Source of the DNA: Chlamydiia bacterium
Lineage (GTDB): Bacteria; Chlamydiota; Chlamydiia; Chlamydiales; RGXB01
Assembly: GCA_040382515.1 (NCBI GenBank)
Contig: JBEIFH010000001.1
Coordinates: 64,001 to 128,000, forward strand
DNA length: 64,000 nucleotides
Reading direction: 5' to 3'
Part shown: positions 9,189 through 19,573 of the stretch, one piece after another
How the letters are laid out: the number at the start of each line of letters is the position of its first letter
Position numbering within the stretch: position 1 is the stretch's first letter
Translations under genes and position numbers: made by a program
The notes under the pieces: generated by a model
Seen by the model: only the letters and a program-made list of their open reading frames with translations
What the model was told of the DNA's origin: nothing
Database searches by the model: none

Positions 9189-12167
9189 ATGGTTTTCGAC
9201 CTTTTAAAACGGATATTTGGCACCCAGCAGACCCGTACGGTCCGCAAGTACTTCAAAATTGTGCAAAAGATCAACAGAGAAGAAGAAAAACTCCAGCCCC
9301 TTTCTGATGATGCGATCCGGGCAAAAACGGCCGAATTCCGCACCCGTTTACAGAATGGCGAAACGACCGACGACCTTATGGTTGAAGCTTACGCTGTCGT
9401 GAAGAATGTTTGTAGACGCCTTGTGGGTACGGAGGTACATGTATCCGGTTATGATCAAAAGTGGGACATGATCCCCTACGATGTGCAAATTGTGGGCGCT
9501 ATTGCAATGCACCACCAAACAATTTGTGAAATGCAAACAGGAGAGGGAAAAACCCTCACCGCATCGATGCCGGCCTATCTGCATGGACTTACCGGAAAGG
9601 GTGTCCATGTCGTCACTGTCAATGACTACCTTGCAAAAAGAGACTGTGAATGGATCGGCGTTATCTTCCGTTGGCTTGGGCTTGAAGTACACGCTTTGAC
9701 AAATGAAACCTCTCCGATGGAAAAACAGAGCGTCTATAAATCTGACATCATCTATGGAACCGCTTCGGAATTTGGGTTTGATTATCTTAGAGATAATTCT
9801 ATGGCGCAGGATGCCGACGAGCAATGTCAAAAAAAGCACTATTTTGCCATCATTGATGAAGTAGACTCCATTTTGATCGATGAAGCCAGGACCCCTCTGA
9901 TCATCTCCGGTCCTGCGGGCGAATCGCGGCAGATGTACGATTCCCTCAAAGAGCACGTACACGATCTGGTCGCTTTGCAAAAAAGCCACTGCCAATCTCT
10001 TGCACTAGAGGCCAAAACGCTTTTGAACACTTTGGGTATTTTCAAAGACCTTGAGGAGTTGCCCAAGCTTACCAAAGAGCAGACAAAACTCAAGAATGAG
10101 GCGATCCGCCTCCTTTGGAAGGTTTCCAAAGGGGTCCCTACAAATAAAATTCTTTGCCAAGCTAGGGAATTTCCCGATATACGGGCCGATTTGGAGAACC
10201 TCGAAACCTACCTTCATGCCGAAGTGAACAAGGAAGAGAAGATCGAGCTTTTGACCGACTTGTACTTGATCATAGACGAGCGCTCAAATGACTTCGAGCT
10301 GACGGATAAAGGGATCCATGCATGGAAAGGGGGAAGTGAAGATTTCACCCTGATCGACCTCACCGAAGTTTTTCAAAACATCGATGAGATGCCCCTTTCT
10401 GAAGAAGAGAAGATGAAGGAGCGGGTGAAGGTGCGCGAAGAGGATTCGTTGAAAAAAGAGCGTGCCCACAACTTGCGACAGCTTTTTAGAGCCCATCTTA
10501 CGATGGAAAAAGATGTCGACTACATCATCCAAGACAAAAAAATCATCATTATCGATGAAAATACCGGCCGGCCACAACCGGGGCGCCGTTTTTCCGACGG
10601 ACTGCACCAAGCGATTGAAGCCAAGGAGAACCTCCCGATCCAAAGGGAAACACAGACGTACGCGACGATCACGCTCCAAAACTACTTTAGAATGTACGAA
10701 CGCCTGGCGGGTATGACCGGTACTGCGATGACAGAAGCGACCGAATTCAAACAGATTTACAATCTTGAAGTTTTGCAAATCCCGACAAACCGCCCCAACC
10801 AAAGAGCAGATGCGGACGACGAGATTTACATGACAGAAAGGGAAAAATTCCAGGCAATCCTCAAAGATATCCAGGAAAAGCATCTGATCGGAAGACCAGT
10901 TCTCGTCGGAACCGAGACTGTTGAAGCGTCCGAAAAATTTTCCCGTATTCTACAGCAGGCAGGATTGCCCCATCACGTTTTAAACGCCAAGCAACCCGAA
11001 AAAGAGGCTGAGATCATCGCTATGGCTGGTCAGCAGGGTGCTATCACAGTTTCCACAAACATGGCCGGCCGCGGTACCGATATTAAGCTTACCAAAGAGG
11101 TAGAAAAGCTTGGAGGTCTGCACGTCGTCGGCACCACTCGCCATCAATCCAGACGTATCGACCGGCAGCTGCGTGGCCGCTCAGGACGCCAGGGTGATAA
11201 AGGGAGCTCGAAATTTTATGTTTCGTTCGAAGATCCTTTGATGCGGCTCTTCACCTCACCGAAATTGAGTCAATTTCTAGTCCGTTTCCGCCCTCCTGAA
11301 GGGGAAGCGATTACGGGGGGATTGATCAACCGCTCGATTGAGACGGCTCAAAAGAGGGTGGAACAAAGAAATTACGCTATTCGCAAACATACGCTTGAAT
11401 ATGACGATGTGATGAACCTGCAGCGTCATGAAGTGTACGCTTTCCGTAATGACATCCTCAAAAATCCAAACCCGTTCTCAATTGGAAAAAGGGTGCTTGA
11501 AGGTGTTTGCTCTATTTTGATAGAAAAAGCGTTCCAAAACAGCCCGCGTATCGATGCAGAAGGGATGCGTCGCTTTCAAGAGATGGTATTCGCACACATG
11601 CCTATCCGTTTTACAGAGGAAGAGATACAAAATCGCTATCAATCTGTAGATGAGCTTGAACGACTTTTTGTACAAAAAGCGCTCGAAATGTACGTCAAAA
11701 AATTGGATCATGAGGCAAAAATGATCGCAATGATCCAGACCGCTGCAGGAAAGCACACTGAACCGAACTCTGTCCTTGAGGGAGTCTTACGAAATGTTTT
11801 CATCCGTAATATCGACCATCTTTGGCAGCAGCACCTCCTTTCAATCGACCATCTTCGCACCGAGGTGAGTCTTCTGACTATTGCCCAAAAGGATCCTCTG
11901 CTTGAATTCAAACATGAAGCATTCCGCCTCTTCCTCGGTTTTCGTGAAGAATTGTACCAAGAAATCACTCATGCCCTTTTTTCTTTGCAGATGATGCTTC
12001 CGAACTCGGAAAAACTCCTGGAGACATTAAAGACCATGTCCATCAGAGAGATGCCCACCTTTATCTCTTTGCAAAACTTGGAGTTAGAGGATGCAAAAGC
12101 CGAGGCACTCCCCGATTCGCAAAATCGCTCTCCAAAAGGAATAGCACTAGAGACAGCCCATTCCTAA
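9189..12167 (+). CDS. secA: Preprotein translocase subunit SecA
   Basis: MQTGEGKT, DEVDSILIDEARTPLIISG, TNMAGRGTDI, RRIDRQLRGRSGRQGD, large chlamydia-type insertion. Start set to ATG 9189. Confidence 0.97.
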   Translation: MVFDLLKRIFGTQQTRTVRKYFKIVQKINREEEKLQPLSDDAIRAKTAEFRTRLQNGETTDDLMVEAYAVVKNVCRRLVGTEVHVSGYDQKWDMIPYDVQIVGAIAMHHQTICEMQTGEGKTLTASMPAYLHGLTGKGVHVVTVNDYLAKRDCEWIGVIFRWLGLEVHALTNETSPMEKQSVYKSDIIYGTASEFGFDYLRDNSMAQDADEQCQKKHYFAIIDEVDSILIDEARTPLIISGPAGESRQMYDSLKEHVHDLVALQKSHCQSLALEAKTLLNTLGIFKDLEELPKLTKEQTKLKNEAIRLLWKVSKGVPTNKILCQAREFPDIRADLENLETYLHAEVNKEEKIELLTDLYLIIDERSNDFELTDKGIHAWKGGSEDFTLIDLTEVFQNIDEMPLSEEEKMKERVKVREEDSLKKERAHNLRQLFRAHLTMEKDVDYIIQDKKIIIIDENTGRPQPGRRFSDGLHQAIEAKENLPIQRETQTYATITLQNYFRMYERLAGMTGTAMTEATEFKQIYNLEVLQIPTNRPNQRADADDEIYMTEREKFQAILKDIQEKHLIGRPVLVGTETVEASEKFSRILQQAGLPHHVLNAKQPEKEAEIIAMAGQQGAITVSTNMAGRGTDIKLTKEVEKLGGLHVVGTTRHQSRRIDRQLRGRSGRQGDKGSSKFYVSFEDPLMRLFTSPKLSQFLVRFRPPEGEAITGGLINRSIETAQKRVEQRNYAIRKHTLEYDDVMNLQRHEVYAFRNDILKNPNPFSIGKRVLEGVCSILIEKAFQNSPRIDAEGMRRFQEMVFAHMPIRFTEEEIQNRYQSVDELERLFVQKALEMYVKKLDHEAKMIAMIQTAAGKHTEPNSVLEGVLRNVFIRNIDHLWQQHLLSIDHLRTEVSLLTIAQKDPLLEFKHEAFRLFLGFREELYQEITHALFSLQMMLPNSEKLLETLKTMSIREMPTFISLQNLELEDAKAEALPDSQNRSPKGIALETAHS

Positions 12168-12172
12168 ATATT

Positions 12173-12206
12173 TCTCTTGGTTTTAGGACAACTAAAAACC
12201 AAGAGA
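12173..12206 (+). terminator. Hairpin terminator after secA
   Basis: tctcttggttttag-gacaa-ctaaaaaccaagaga inverted repeat 5 nt after the stop. Confidence 0.6.
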
Positions 12207-12565
12207 GCGCACGGGAATAACAATTCTATCGATGCCAATATAAACGGGGCCCATTCAATACAACGAAAGGGCTCTCCATTTAAAGTTGCTCTGTAGGTCT
12301 GTTTTTAGATTCCGTCTTTCTATTATTCACCGATAAAATTCCAAATAGCAGCTCGAATCACTCAATTTGGCTCTTTTCTTCAAAGATCAGCTTCTCAAAA
12401 GGAATAACTGTAGGTGGCGATTAGATTTTTTTAAATACAGGTTCCCACAACTTACCCTAGATTGGCTATGACCCCTTTTTCACCGGGATTCATTTTGGGC
12501 TGAAAGTATCATTTTGACAGCCTTAATAGGGGGAATGGGACCAAATGAATCCTTTAAACAGGGTC

Positions 12566-13252
12566 TCAGTTTTGATATTTTATGTACAAAACCCTTTTTG
12601 GGTGATCTAAGTCTTCCTCTAAACTAATAACCTGAGACATTTCGAATTTATTTGCGATCCGTACCATTGGGGAGTCGCCGTGTGTGCGCATCACAAAAAT
12701 TAAATTGAATGAGCGGGCTTTTTCTAAAAGAGCTTTTGTAATTTTCGTCGTAATCCCCTTTTTTTGCACAGCCTCGTCTACCATGATTTCGGATAGATAG
12801 AACACCGTTTGCACCTTATGTGCGACCTTTTCTAATGTATTTTGAACTTTTGCCTTCATCTCTAAAGAGTTGTATTTATCTAGCAGTTCTTCAATCAGGC
12901 AGGCATACCCCCAACCGGCTGCAAAAACTTCCCCGCTTTTATCTTCAAATGTGATGATCGTCCCTTTCGGTTTGACCACTTCTTGCATGATGTAGGCACA
13001 GGTGTCTTCTTCAGGATAGACTAATTTTAGCGGCTGACCGCAGTTTGTACAGCACTCAAGCTCAAAAAATTGGGCTCCATAATAATGGCCATTTTCACAA
13101 ACTTTGTACTCGTGCCAAGGGAATCCTGCAAACGCGTGCGCATACAACCTTGCAATTTTACTAATTTGGTTCTTATTAGGTAATTGGGCGTAGCAATACT
13201 CTTGCATCACTAAAGGTTGCGAGAGTGCATCTTGTAAAGATAAAGAAAACAT
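12566..13252 (-). CDS. GNAT-like acetyltransferase with Cys/His zinc-ribbon insertion
   Basis: FAGFPWHE, CENGH...CTNC, YLSEIMVD..VQKKGITT (GNAT motif A-like). Confidence 0.55.
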   Translation of the reverse strand: MFSLSLQDALSQPLVMQEYCYAQLPNKNQISKIARLYAHAFAGFPWHEYKVCENGHYYGAQFFELECCTNCGQPLKLVYPEEDTCAYIMQEVVKPKGTIITFEDKSGEVFAAGWGYACLIEELLDKYNSLEMKAKVQNTLEKVAHKVQTVFYLSEIMVDEAVQKKGITTKITKALLEKARSFNLIFVMRTHGDSPMVRIANKFEMSQVISLEEDLDHPKRVLYIKYQN

Positions 13253-13435
13253 TTAAATTCTTCCTCTTTGTCATCTTACAACTGTTTATTTATACTTGCA
13301 ATTAAGGTCAAACCGCTATTTTTAATAGAATAAAAAATCTTTGTAATAGTTATAGACTAAAGATCGATTGAAGATACATACCCTCCAAGTTTCTTAAAAT
13401 TCGTATTTTGGGATGAAGAGCATTTGAAATAGGGT

Positions 13436-13798
13436 CTAGTCCAGTCTTTCTTCACGTATAAGACCAAAAAGCAGAAGACTTAAACTAAAAAGTAAAATCC
13501 AAGGCATCCAAAAAGTCTCGATGGTGATTTGGACCTCCTGTCTTTGCCCAACAATCCATAAAAAAAGGGCTAAAGGTGCTGTAGCACCACCCAAAAGGAT
13601 GAAATAGGGGGCTTTTGTCTCCCTTTTTTGAGGAAAAATCTGGACAATCGGTTCTTCTATTTTTTGCTTATAGAAGGGCGTGAAACGCTCCTTTTCGACC
13701 CCGGTTTCAATAAAAGATCCACAGTAGGGACACTCCTCCGAGTAAAAATGGATGAATCCCTCGCAAAAAGGGCATAACCTTGAGTAATGATCCGACAT
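13436..13798 (-). CDS. Hypothetical membrane protein with N-terminal zinc ribbon
   Basis: CPFC...CPYCG and two C-terminal TM helices; divergent from lpdA. Start set to ATG 13798 (uncertain). Confidence 0.7.
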   Translation of the reverse strand: MSDHYSRLCPFCEGFIHFYSEECPYCGSFIETGVEKERFTPFYKQKIEEPIVQIFPQKRETKAPYFILLGGATAPLALFLWIVGQRQEVQITIETFWMPWILLFSLSLLLFGLIREERLD

Positions 13799-14054
13799 AT
13801 TCTTTGCCCCATACCAGTAGGGTCGCATTTGTTTCAACTTTTGAACAAATTTTTCAAAAATAGATCTTGCCCATAGGAGCTAAATTTTTCGGGATGATTT
13901 GCGAATACGTCTGAAAAAAATCAAAAGAGGGCTCCGATACAATTTTTCAAACCGGTCTTATAGTTTTTTTCTTCATTCTTTAGCAGTGATTGATTTAGGA
14001 TGAAGTATTCCTCTATACTTAGAAAAATATATCAAATTTAAACGAGAAGTCCCG

Positions 14055-15449
14055 ATGCGAACCTACGATGTTGTTGTGATTGGAGCCGGCCCGGGTGGGT
14101 ATGTGGCTGCGATTTATGCTGCCCACCAGGGATTCAAAACTGCCCTTATTTCTAAAGAGAAAGATCTAGGGGGGACTTGCTTAAACCGTGGCTGCATCCC
14201 AAGTAAAGCTCTCATCTCCAGTGCCGAGGTGTGTAGAACCGTAACTCAAGAGGCCCAAAAACACGGGATCGAAGTCCAAGGTTCTGTCAAGGTCCATTTT
14301 GATAAGATGAGCGCAAGAAAAGATCAGGTCATACAAACAATGCAGTCTGGCTTAAAAACTACCATTTTGAGTCATGAAGTCGATTTGATTGACGGAATCG
14401 GATCTTTTGAGTCCCAAACGCGGATCAAGGTGCAATCAAATAATGGAACGGAAATGATTGATGCCACCTACATCATCATAGCCACCGGCTCCGAGGTCAC
14501 CGAATTTTCAGGGGTACCGTTTGACCACAAACACATCCTTAGTTCCACATCCATTCTTGATCTCAAGGAACTTCCAAAATCGCTTGCTGTGATCGGTGGC
14601 GGCTATATTGGTTGTGAAATTGCATGTATGATGCGGGGCTTAGGGGTTGAGGTGACCATTATTGAGGCCTTGGACCGTATTATAAAACCCGTTGGCGAGT
14701 CTCCTTCCGAGCAGCTTACACAAAGCCTCACCTCTTTAGGGATCCGCTTAGAATTGTCAAAAAAGGTTATTGGATATGCAATCAACAATGGGACCGTCTC
14801 CTTACAACTCGATTCGAATGAAACCGTACAAGCCGAAAAAGTTCTGGTAGCTATCGGAAGAAGACCTTTCACCGAGGGTTTAAAACTCGATAAGGCAGGG
14901 GTATTTTCAAACTCCAGAGGTTTTATTGAGGTCGATACAGAGATGCGCACCAATATTCCAAATATTTATGCGATAGGCGATGTCAACGGTGTCTTCATGC
15001 TTGCCCATGCAGCCTCCTATCAGGGGAAGGTGGCTGTAGATGCGATGCGTAACGTCCGTCGCTCATTCAATCCCCAACTTGTCCCCCAAGTGATTTTCAC
15101 AAAGCCGGAAATAGCAGTTGTGGGTACTCTAGAAGGGGCAAAGCAGGTCTTTCCCTATAGTGCGAACGGTAAAGCGGTTGCAAGCGCCAAAACTATCGGA
15201 ACCATTACCGTCTATTACGATGAACAAACGAAACGGATCCGTGGTGTCGAAATTGTTGGAGAGCAGGCAACAACAATGATTGCACTGGCTACAATGTATT
15301 TGACGCAAGAGCTGACGCTTGAAACATTTGATACTACTATATTTGCCCACCCTACCTATGCAGAAGCGATTGTAGAACCATTTGAGATGGTCATAGACAA
15401 GCAGATCCATTTCCCACAAAAGAAAAAAAGAAAGGCTGCCTTAGTTTAA
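14055..15449 (+). CDS. lpdA: Dihydrolipoyl dehydrogenase
   Basis: GAGPGG, GGTCLNRGCIPSK, GGGYIGCE, AHPTYAE. Confidence 0.95.
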   Translation: MRTYDVVVIGAGPGGYVAAIYAAHQGFKTALISKEKDLGGTCLNRGCIPSKALISSAEVCRTVTQEAQKHGIEVQGSVKVHFDKMSARKDQVIQTMQSGLKTTILSHEVDLIDGIGSFESQTRIKVQSNNGTEMIDATYIIIATGSEVTEFSGVPFDHKHILSSTSILDLKELPKSLAVIGGGYIGCEIACMMRGLGVEVTIIEALDRIIKPVGESPSEQLTQSLTSLGIRLELSKKVIGYAINNGTVSLQLDSNETVQAEKVLVAIGRRPFTEGLKLDKAGVFSNSRGFIEVDTEMRTNIPNIYAIGDVNGVFMLAHAASYQGKVAVDAMRNVRRSFNPQLVPQVIFTKPEIAVVGTLEGAKQVFPYSANGKAVASAKTIGTITVYYDEQTKRIRGVEIVGEQATTMIALATMYLTQELTLETFDTTIFAHPTYAEAIVEPFEMVIDKQIHFPQKKKRKAALV

Positions 15450-16360
15450 TGGAACAAGATCCCTTTGATGCAGAACCGGTTTTCAAAAGGAAGATTCCTA
15501 ACGATTACAGATTACGTTTGAAAATCTCCGATTCTAGATTTACAACCGACGCAATCGTTCAAAAATTTGGATTGAATACGGTTTGTGAGGAGGCAAAATG
15601 CCCCAATCGCCATTTTTGCTACTCTCAAAAAACGGCAACCTTTCTGACTTTAGGAAAAGAGTGCACCCGAAATTGCGGCTTCTGCGATATCGATTTCTCT
15701 AAAAACCCAAAACCGCTCGACCCTGAGGAGCCGTTTAAAATAGCAGCTTCCGTCCAAGAACTTGGACTCAAGCATGTCGTCATCACCCAAGTTGCACGCG
15801 ATGACCTTGAGGATGGAGGTGCAGAACAAATGGGAAAAATAGTCGCACAAATTCGATCCCTCAACCCTCAAACATCGGTCGAGCTACTCACCTCCGATTT
15901 TTTTGGAAACAACGACGCCCTAGAATCTATTTTTTCTCTCAAACCTGACGTTTTTAACTATAATATTGAAACTACAAAGCGCCTCACCCCAAAAGTACGC
16001 CACAAAGCGACTTATGAACGTACCTTATCTATTTTAAAAAAAGCGCATGAAGCCGGATTGGTCACAAAGTCGGGTCTTATGGTTGGACTGGGCGAGACCC
16101 TTGAAGAGATCTTTGAAACACTTGAAGATCTAAAATCGGTCAATTGCACCATGGTGACTGTTGGACAATATTTACAAGCAGGGCTCACAAAACTTCGGGT
16201 AAAAAGGTTCTATTTAAAAGAAGAATTTGACCTTATCCGTAAAAAAGGTTTAGAAATAGGAATTCCAGAGGTGTATAGCGGCCCCTTTGTCCGGTCAAGT
16301 TATAACGCAAAAGAGTTTTTAGAACATGCAAGACAGACAACCTTTCACTTTAGCGATTGA
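15449..16360 (+). CDS. lipA: Lipoyl synthase
   Basis: CEEAKCPNRHFC, CTRNCGFC, VRSSY. Confidence 0.97.
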   Translation: MEQDPFDAEPVFKRKIPNDYRLRLKISDSRFTTDAIVQKFGLNTVCEEAKCPNRHFCYSQKTATFLTLGKECTRNCGFCDIDFSKNPKPLDPEEPFKIAASVQELGLKHVVITQVARDDLEDGGAEQMGKIVAQIRSLNPQTSVELLTSDFFGNNDALESIFSLKPDVFNYNIETTKRLTPKVRHKATYERTLSILKKAHEAGLVTKSGLMVGLGETLEEIFETLEDLKSVNCTMVTVGQYLQAGLTKLRVKRFYLKEEFDLIRKKGLEIGIPEVYSGPFVRSSYNAKEFLEHARQTTFHFSD

Positions 16361-17204
16361 TCTTGAGATCATCATGATGGGATATGCCCATTTTGACGGC
16401 GATTTTTTAAAAATGAAGGAAACATTGGATGCTAATCCCACCCACCCTCTCCACTCTTTCCCAAATGAGCGTTTAGAAGAGATTTTTTCTTTTATGGAGC
16501 GCTCCCCCCAGAATCTGCTTGATACCCTCCCCCAAAAAGCCAAAGAGGCGGTGGACGAAGCAAAAAGATTTTCCAAAAAAATGGAACAAACGATCCAGGA
16601 CCACCCCGATTCGATAGAGGCAAAAGTGAATGAACTTATATTCTACGTCGGAGAAAATCCTTTTTTATTGATAGATGACCTTGTCATGGAAGGTTCCGAA
16701 GCGCTCCTTGAGCTTTTGAAGGTTTTGAAAAACACCCATCTTTACGACCCTTTGTACCCAGGATATGGAAGAAGCATTCCCCGTATCGCCGATGCCCTTC
16801 AGGGAATCCAGGATAAAAAAGCGATCTCACCACTCTTTAATGCCCTGCTTGAACAAAATAGTCTCGCCGAAGATCCCCTTTTGGAAGCTCTCGTCTCGTT
16901 TGGTGAAGATGCACAACATTTTCTTTTAAAAATTCTTGAAGAGCGCCCCTTTTCCTTAAGATCCTCGTATGCTGCCAAAGCTCTCCATTTTCTTAAATCT
17001 GCAGATGTAGGATTTGCGGCTATCGACCTGCTTTGCGATAAAGAGATCTATAAACATCCCGGTTTGATCCTCTATCTCATCGCTCTTTTAGACGCACTGC
17101 CGGATGTGGAGCGCCCCTCCTTGATTGGGCAGCTTTTGGAAGAGACCCATTTTTCGTCGACCCACCGAAAAGAAATAGAAAGCTTTCTATTGCATCAATC
17201 CTAA
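16326..17204 (+). CDS. Hypothetical helical (HEAT-like) protein
   Basis: 292-aa ORF with AHFDGDF..M motif and helical repeats; lies before glgC as in chlamydiae. Confidence 0.7.
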   Translation: MQDRQPFTLAIDLEIIMMGYAHFDGDFLKMKETLDANPTHPLHSFPNERLEEIFSFMERSPQNLLDTLPQKAKEAVDEAKRFSKKMEQTIQDHPDSIEAKVNELIFYVGENPFLLIDDLVMEGSEALLELLKVLKNTHLYDPLYPGYGRSIPRIADALQGIQDKKAISPLFNALLEQNSLAEDPLLEALVSFGEDAQHFLLKILEERPFSLRSSYAAKALHFLKSADVGFAAIDLLCDKEIYKHPGLILYLIALLDALPDVERPSLIGQLLEETHFSSTHRKEIESFLLHQS

Positions 17205-17233
17205 AAATTTGCAACAGTTTTTATAGTTCCGTG

Positions 17234-17261
17234 TTGACAAATTTGTTCCATTCCATACAGT
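17234..17261 (+). promoter_or_regulatory. sigma70-type promoter of glgC
   Basis: TTGACA-N16-TACAGT, ending 6 nt before the ATG. Confidence 0.55.
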
Positions 17262-17267
17262 GAGGCA

Positions 17268-18497
17268 ATGGACCTCACCCTTATTATTCTTGCAGGCGGT
17301 AAAGGAGAAAGACTTAAACCTCTGACGCAACATGTCGCTAAACCGGCCGTCTCTTTTGCAGACATGCGAATTATTGACATCTCTTTATCCCATGCCATAA
17401 AGTCCCGACCAAAAGAGATCCTTATCATCACCCAATATCTTGCAGACACGATTGAAAACTACATTTATTCCCACTACCCGATCGATCCTAACGCAAATTA
17501 CAATCTCAGCCTTTTAAGCCCTCAGGAGGATTCCAACGGGAAACTCCTTTTTTATAATGGGACTGCAGATGCCATTCGGAAAAATCTCTCCCATTTAGTC
17601 CGTGCTAAAACGAAATATACGATGATCCTCTCTGGAGATCAGCTTTTCAATATGGACCTTTTTAAAGTTGTCGACTTGAGTGAAAAGCTCGATGCAGATC
17701 TAAGTATCTGCTGCCATCCGGTGACGAAAGAAGATGCCCCCCGTCTTGGGATTTTGAAGGTCAATGATTCTCATATCATCACAGATTTTCATGAGAAGCC
17801 ACAAGATCCGAAAACCCTAGATTCCCTTGCTTCGCTCTCTGGTGGCCGACCCTTTTTAGCCTCGATGGGTCTATATCTGTTCAAAACAGATGCCCTTATC
17901 AAACTTTTGACCTCAACTAAAGGGGACGATTTTGGAAAAGACCTCATCCCAAATTTGATCAAAAAAGGGGATGTAGGCGGATACATCTACGAACACTATT
18001 GGGAAGATATCGGAACTGTAAAATCCTATTTCGAAGCCTGCCTCCTTCTTGCTACCGGCAAATCGGGACTACGATTTGACGACCCAAACCACCCTATCCT
18101 CGTGCCGCCCCATTTCACAGCTCCGGCACAATTTTATTCAGCCCATATTGAAGAATCGATGGTGTGCCAGGGGGCAAGAATCGGGGGGGGAACCTCCATC
18201 AAATCTTCCCTCTGCGGTCCAAAATCCTGGATTGGTAAAAATTGTAAAATCGAACGTTCGTTAATAGTTGGACATCAGCCCTACAACACATCAAAATTTG
18301 ATACCTTCACAACAAAAATCCACGACAACTGCGTATTGAAAAATGCCCTTGTTGATGCGGAGACTATCCTTTATGAAGGGGTAAAGCTAGTAAATGAAAA
18401 ACATCTCGCTCAATACGAAGATACCTATATCATCCTTGTTGACGGTATTATCGTCACGAAAAGAGGGACCCATATCCCTAAAAATTATCACTTTTAA
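17268..18497 (+). CDS. glgC: Glucose-1-phosphate adenylyltransferase
   Basis: ILAGGKGERL.PLT...AKPAV, GTADAIR, LSGDQ, FHEKP, ASMG, DFGKD, YWEDIGT. Confidence 0.95.
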   Translation: MDLTLIILAGGKGERLKPLTQHVAKPAVSFADMRIIDISLSHAIKSRPKEILIITQYLADTIENYIYSHYPIDPNANYNLSLLSPQEDSNGKLLFYNGTADAIRKNLSHLVRAKTKYTMILSGDQLFNMDLFKVVDLSEKLDADLSICCHPVTKEDAPRLGILKVNDSHIITDFHEKPQDPKTLDSLASLSGGRPFLASMGLYLFKTDALIKLLTSTKGDDFGKDLIPNLIKKGDVGGYIYEHYWEDIGTVKSYFEACLLLATGKSGLRFDDPNHPILVPPHFTAPAQFYSAHIEESMVCQGARIGGGTSIKSSLCGPKSWIGKNCKIERSLIVGHQPYNTSKFDTFTTKIHDNCVLKNALVDAETILYEGVKLVNEKHLAQYEDTYIILVDGIIVTKRGTHIPKNYHF

Positions 18498-18741
18498 AAC
18501 TATGGGCCGAGTTTTCCTTTTTGTTCGCCTCTTACCCTGGTTCAAAATTTTTAGCTGAACCTGTTAAAAAAAACGCACACCCTTTTTATAGACTTGCTTC
18601 GATAGAACAAATAGGCGATTATTGTTCAAATTTTTGGCAGGAATTTTCTTGAACGTATCTGTCATTACAGCCGGAAACTTTAAGAAAAGAATGGCCCAAA
18701 ATAGACTTTTAATGATCCAATGAAGCTTCGAAAGAGGTCGT

Positions 18742-19482
18742 ATGAATATCTTTGCAATCGCTGACCTGCACCTGGCTCTTGGGGTGCCAAAAAAAAGGAT
18801 GGGCGATAAATGGCAAGTCTGGCTGAATCACGAACAAAAACTTTATGATAATTTCCATCGCGTTGTCGGTCCCGACGATTTAGTCCTAATCCCGGGCGAT
18901 ATTTCCTGGGCTATGACGCTTGAGGAGGCTAAACCCGATTTTGAATTTTTAAATCAGCTTCCGGGGAAAAAAGTACTTCTGAAAGGAAATCATGACTATT
19001 GGTGGCCATCGGATAAAAAGTTGACCGAATTTCTTGACCCCTCGATCACATTTATCAACAAAAATGCCCTCAAAATATTTGATGTATCGATCGGAGGGGC
19101 CCGATTATGGGATAATAACGAGATCAATTCCGAATCTATTATAGACTTTGTTCCAGGTACAAAACCCGAGATTAAACCCTTGACCGAGTTAGATAATAAA
19201 ACGTTTGCTACGGAATGTGAGCGTCTTGAAAGTAGCTTAGAAAAAATGCCTGAAGGGAAATTGCGGATAGCCCTCACCCATTACCCTCCGATTGAGCCGA
19301 CCATGGCCGGATCCAGGTTTTCCAACATGTTTGAGCGTTATGAGATCCAGCATGTTCTTTTCGGCCACATCCACAACGCAAAAAAAAACCCTCTATATGG
19401 AATCAAAAACAAAGTCCACTACCACCTGGTAGCTGCCGATTACCTCGACTTTTGCCCCAAACATATCGCCTTTTTGCCTTGA
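18742..19482 (+). CDS. Calcineurin-like metallophosphoesterase
   Basis: DLH, PGDISW, GNHDYW, THYPP, GHIH. Confidence 0.9.
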   Translation: MNIFAIADLHLALGVPKKRMGDKWQVWLNHEQKLYDNFHRVVGPDDLVLIPGDISWAMTLEEAKPDFEFLNQLPGKKVLLKGNHDYWWPSDKKLTEFLDPSITFINKNALKIFDVSIGGARLWDNNEINSESIIDFVPGTKPEIKPLTELDNKTFATECERLESSLEKMPEGKLRIALTHYPPIEPTMAGSRFSNMFERYEIQHVLFGHIHNAKKNPLYGIKNKVHYHLVAADYLDFCPKHIAFLP

Positions 19483-19512
19483 TGGAGCACGCCCTTTGAG
19501 GGGTACCCTTAT

Positions 19513-19542
19513 AAAAAAAAGGGCCTTTGAGGGCCCTTTTTT
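19513..19542. terminator. Bidirectional intrinsic terminator
   Basis: aaaaaagggcc-tttgag-ggccctttttt between convergent genes. Confidence 0.8.
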
Positions 19543-19573
19543 GCTTCGTATTTTAAATCGACTTCGTCCTTTT

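Noticed and set aside
9348..10883. Long antisense ORFs (215 and 199 aa) inside secA, and similar shadows in mnmE, OPT, mnmG and sdhA
   Set aside because: Shadow frames of conserved genes with no independent motifs.
12206..12560. Pseudogene remnant downstream of secA
   Set aside because: The minus-strand reading I tried has several stops and no recognisable family; BLASTX would be needed.
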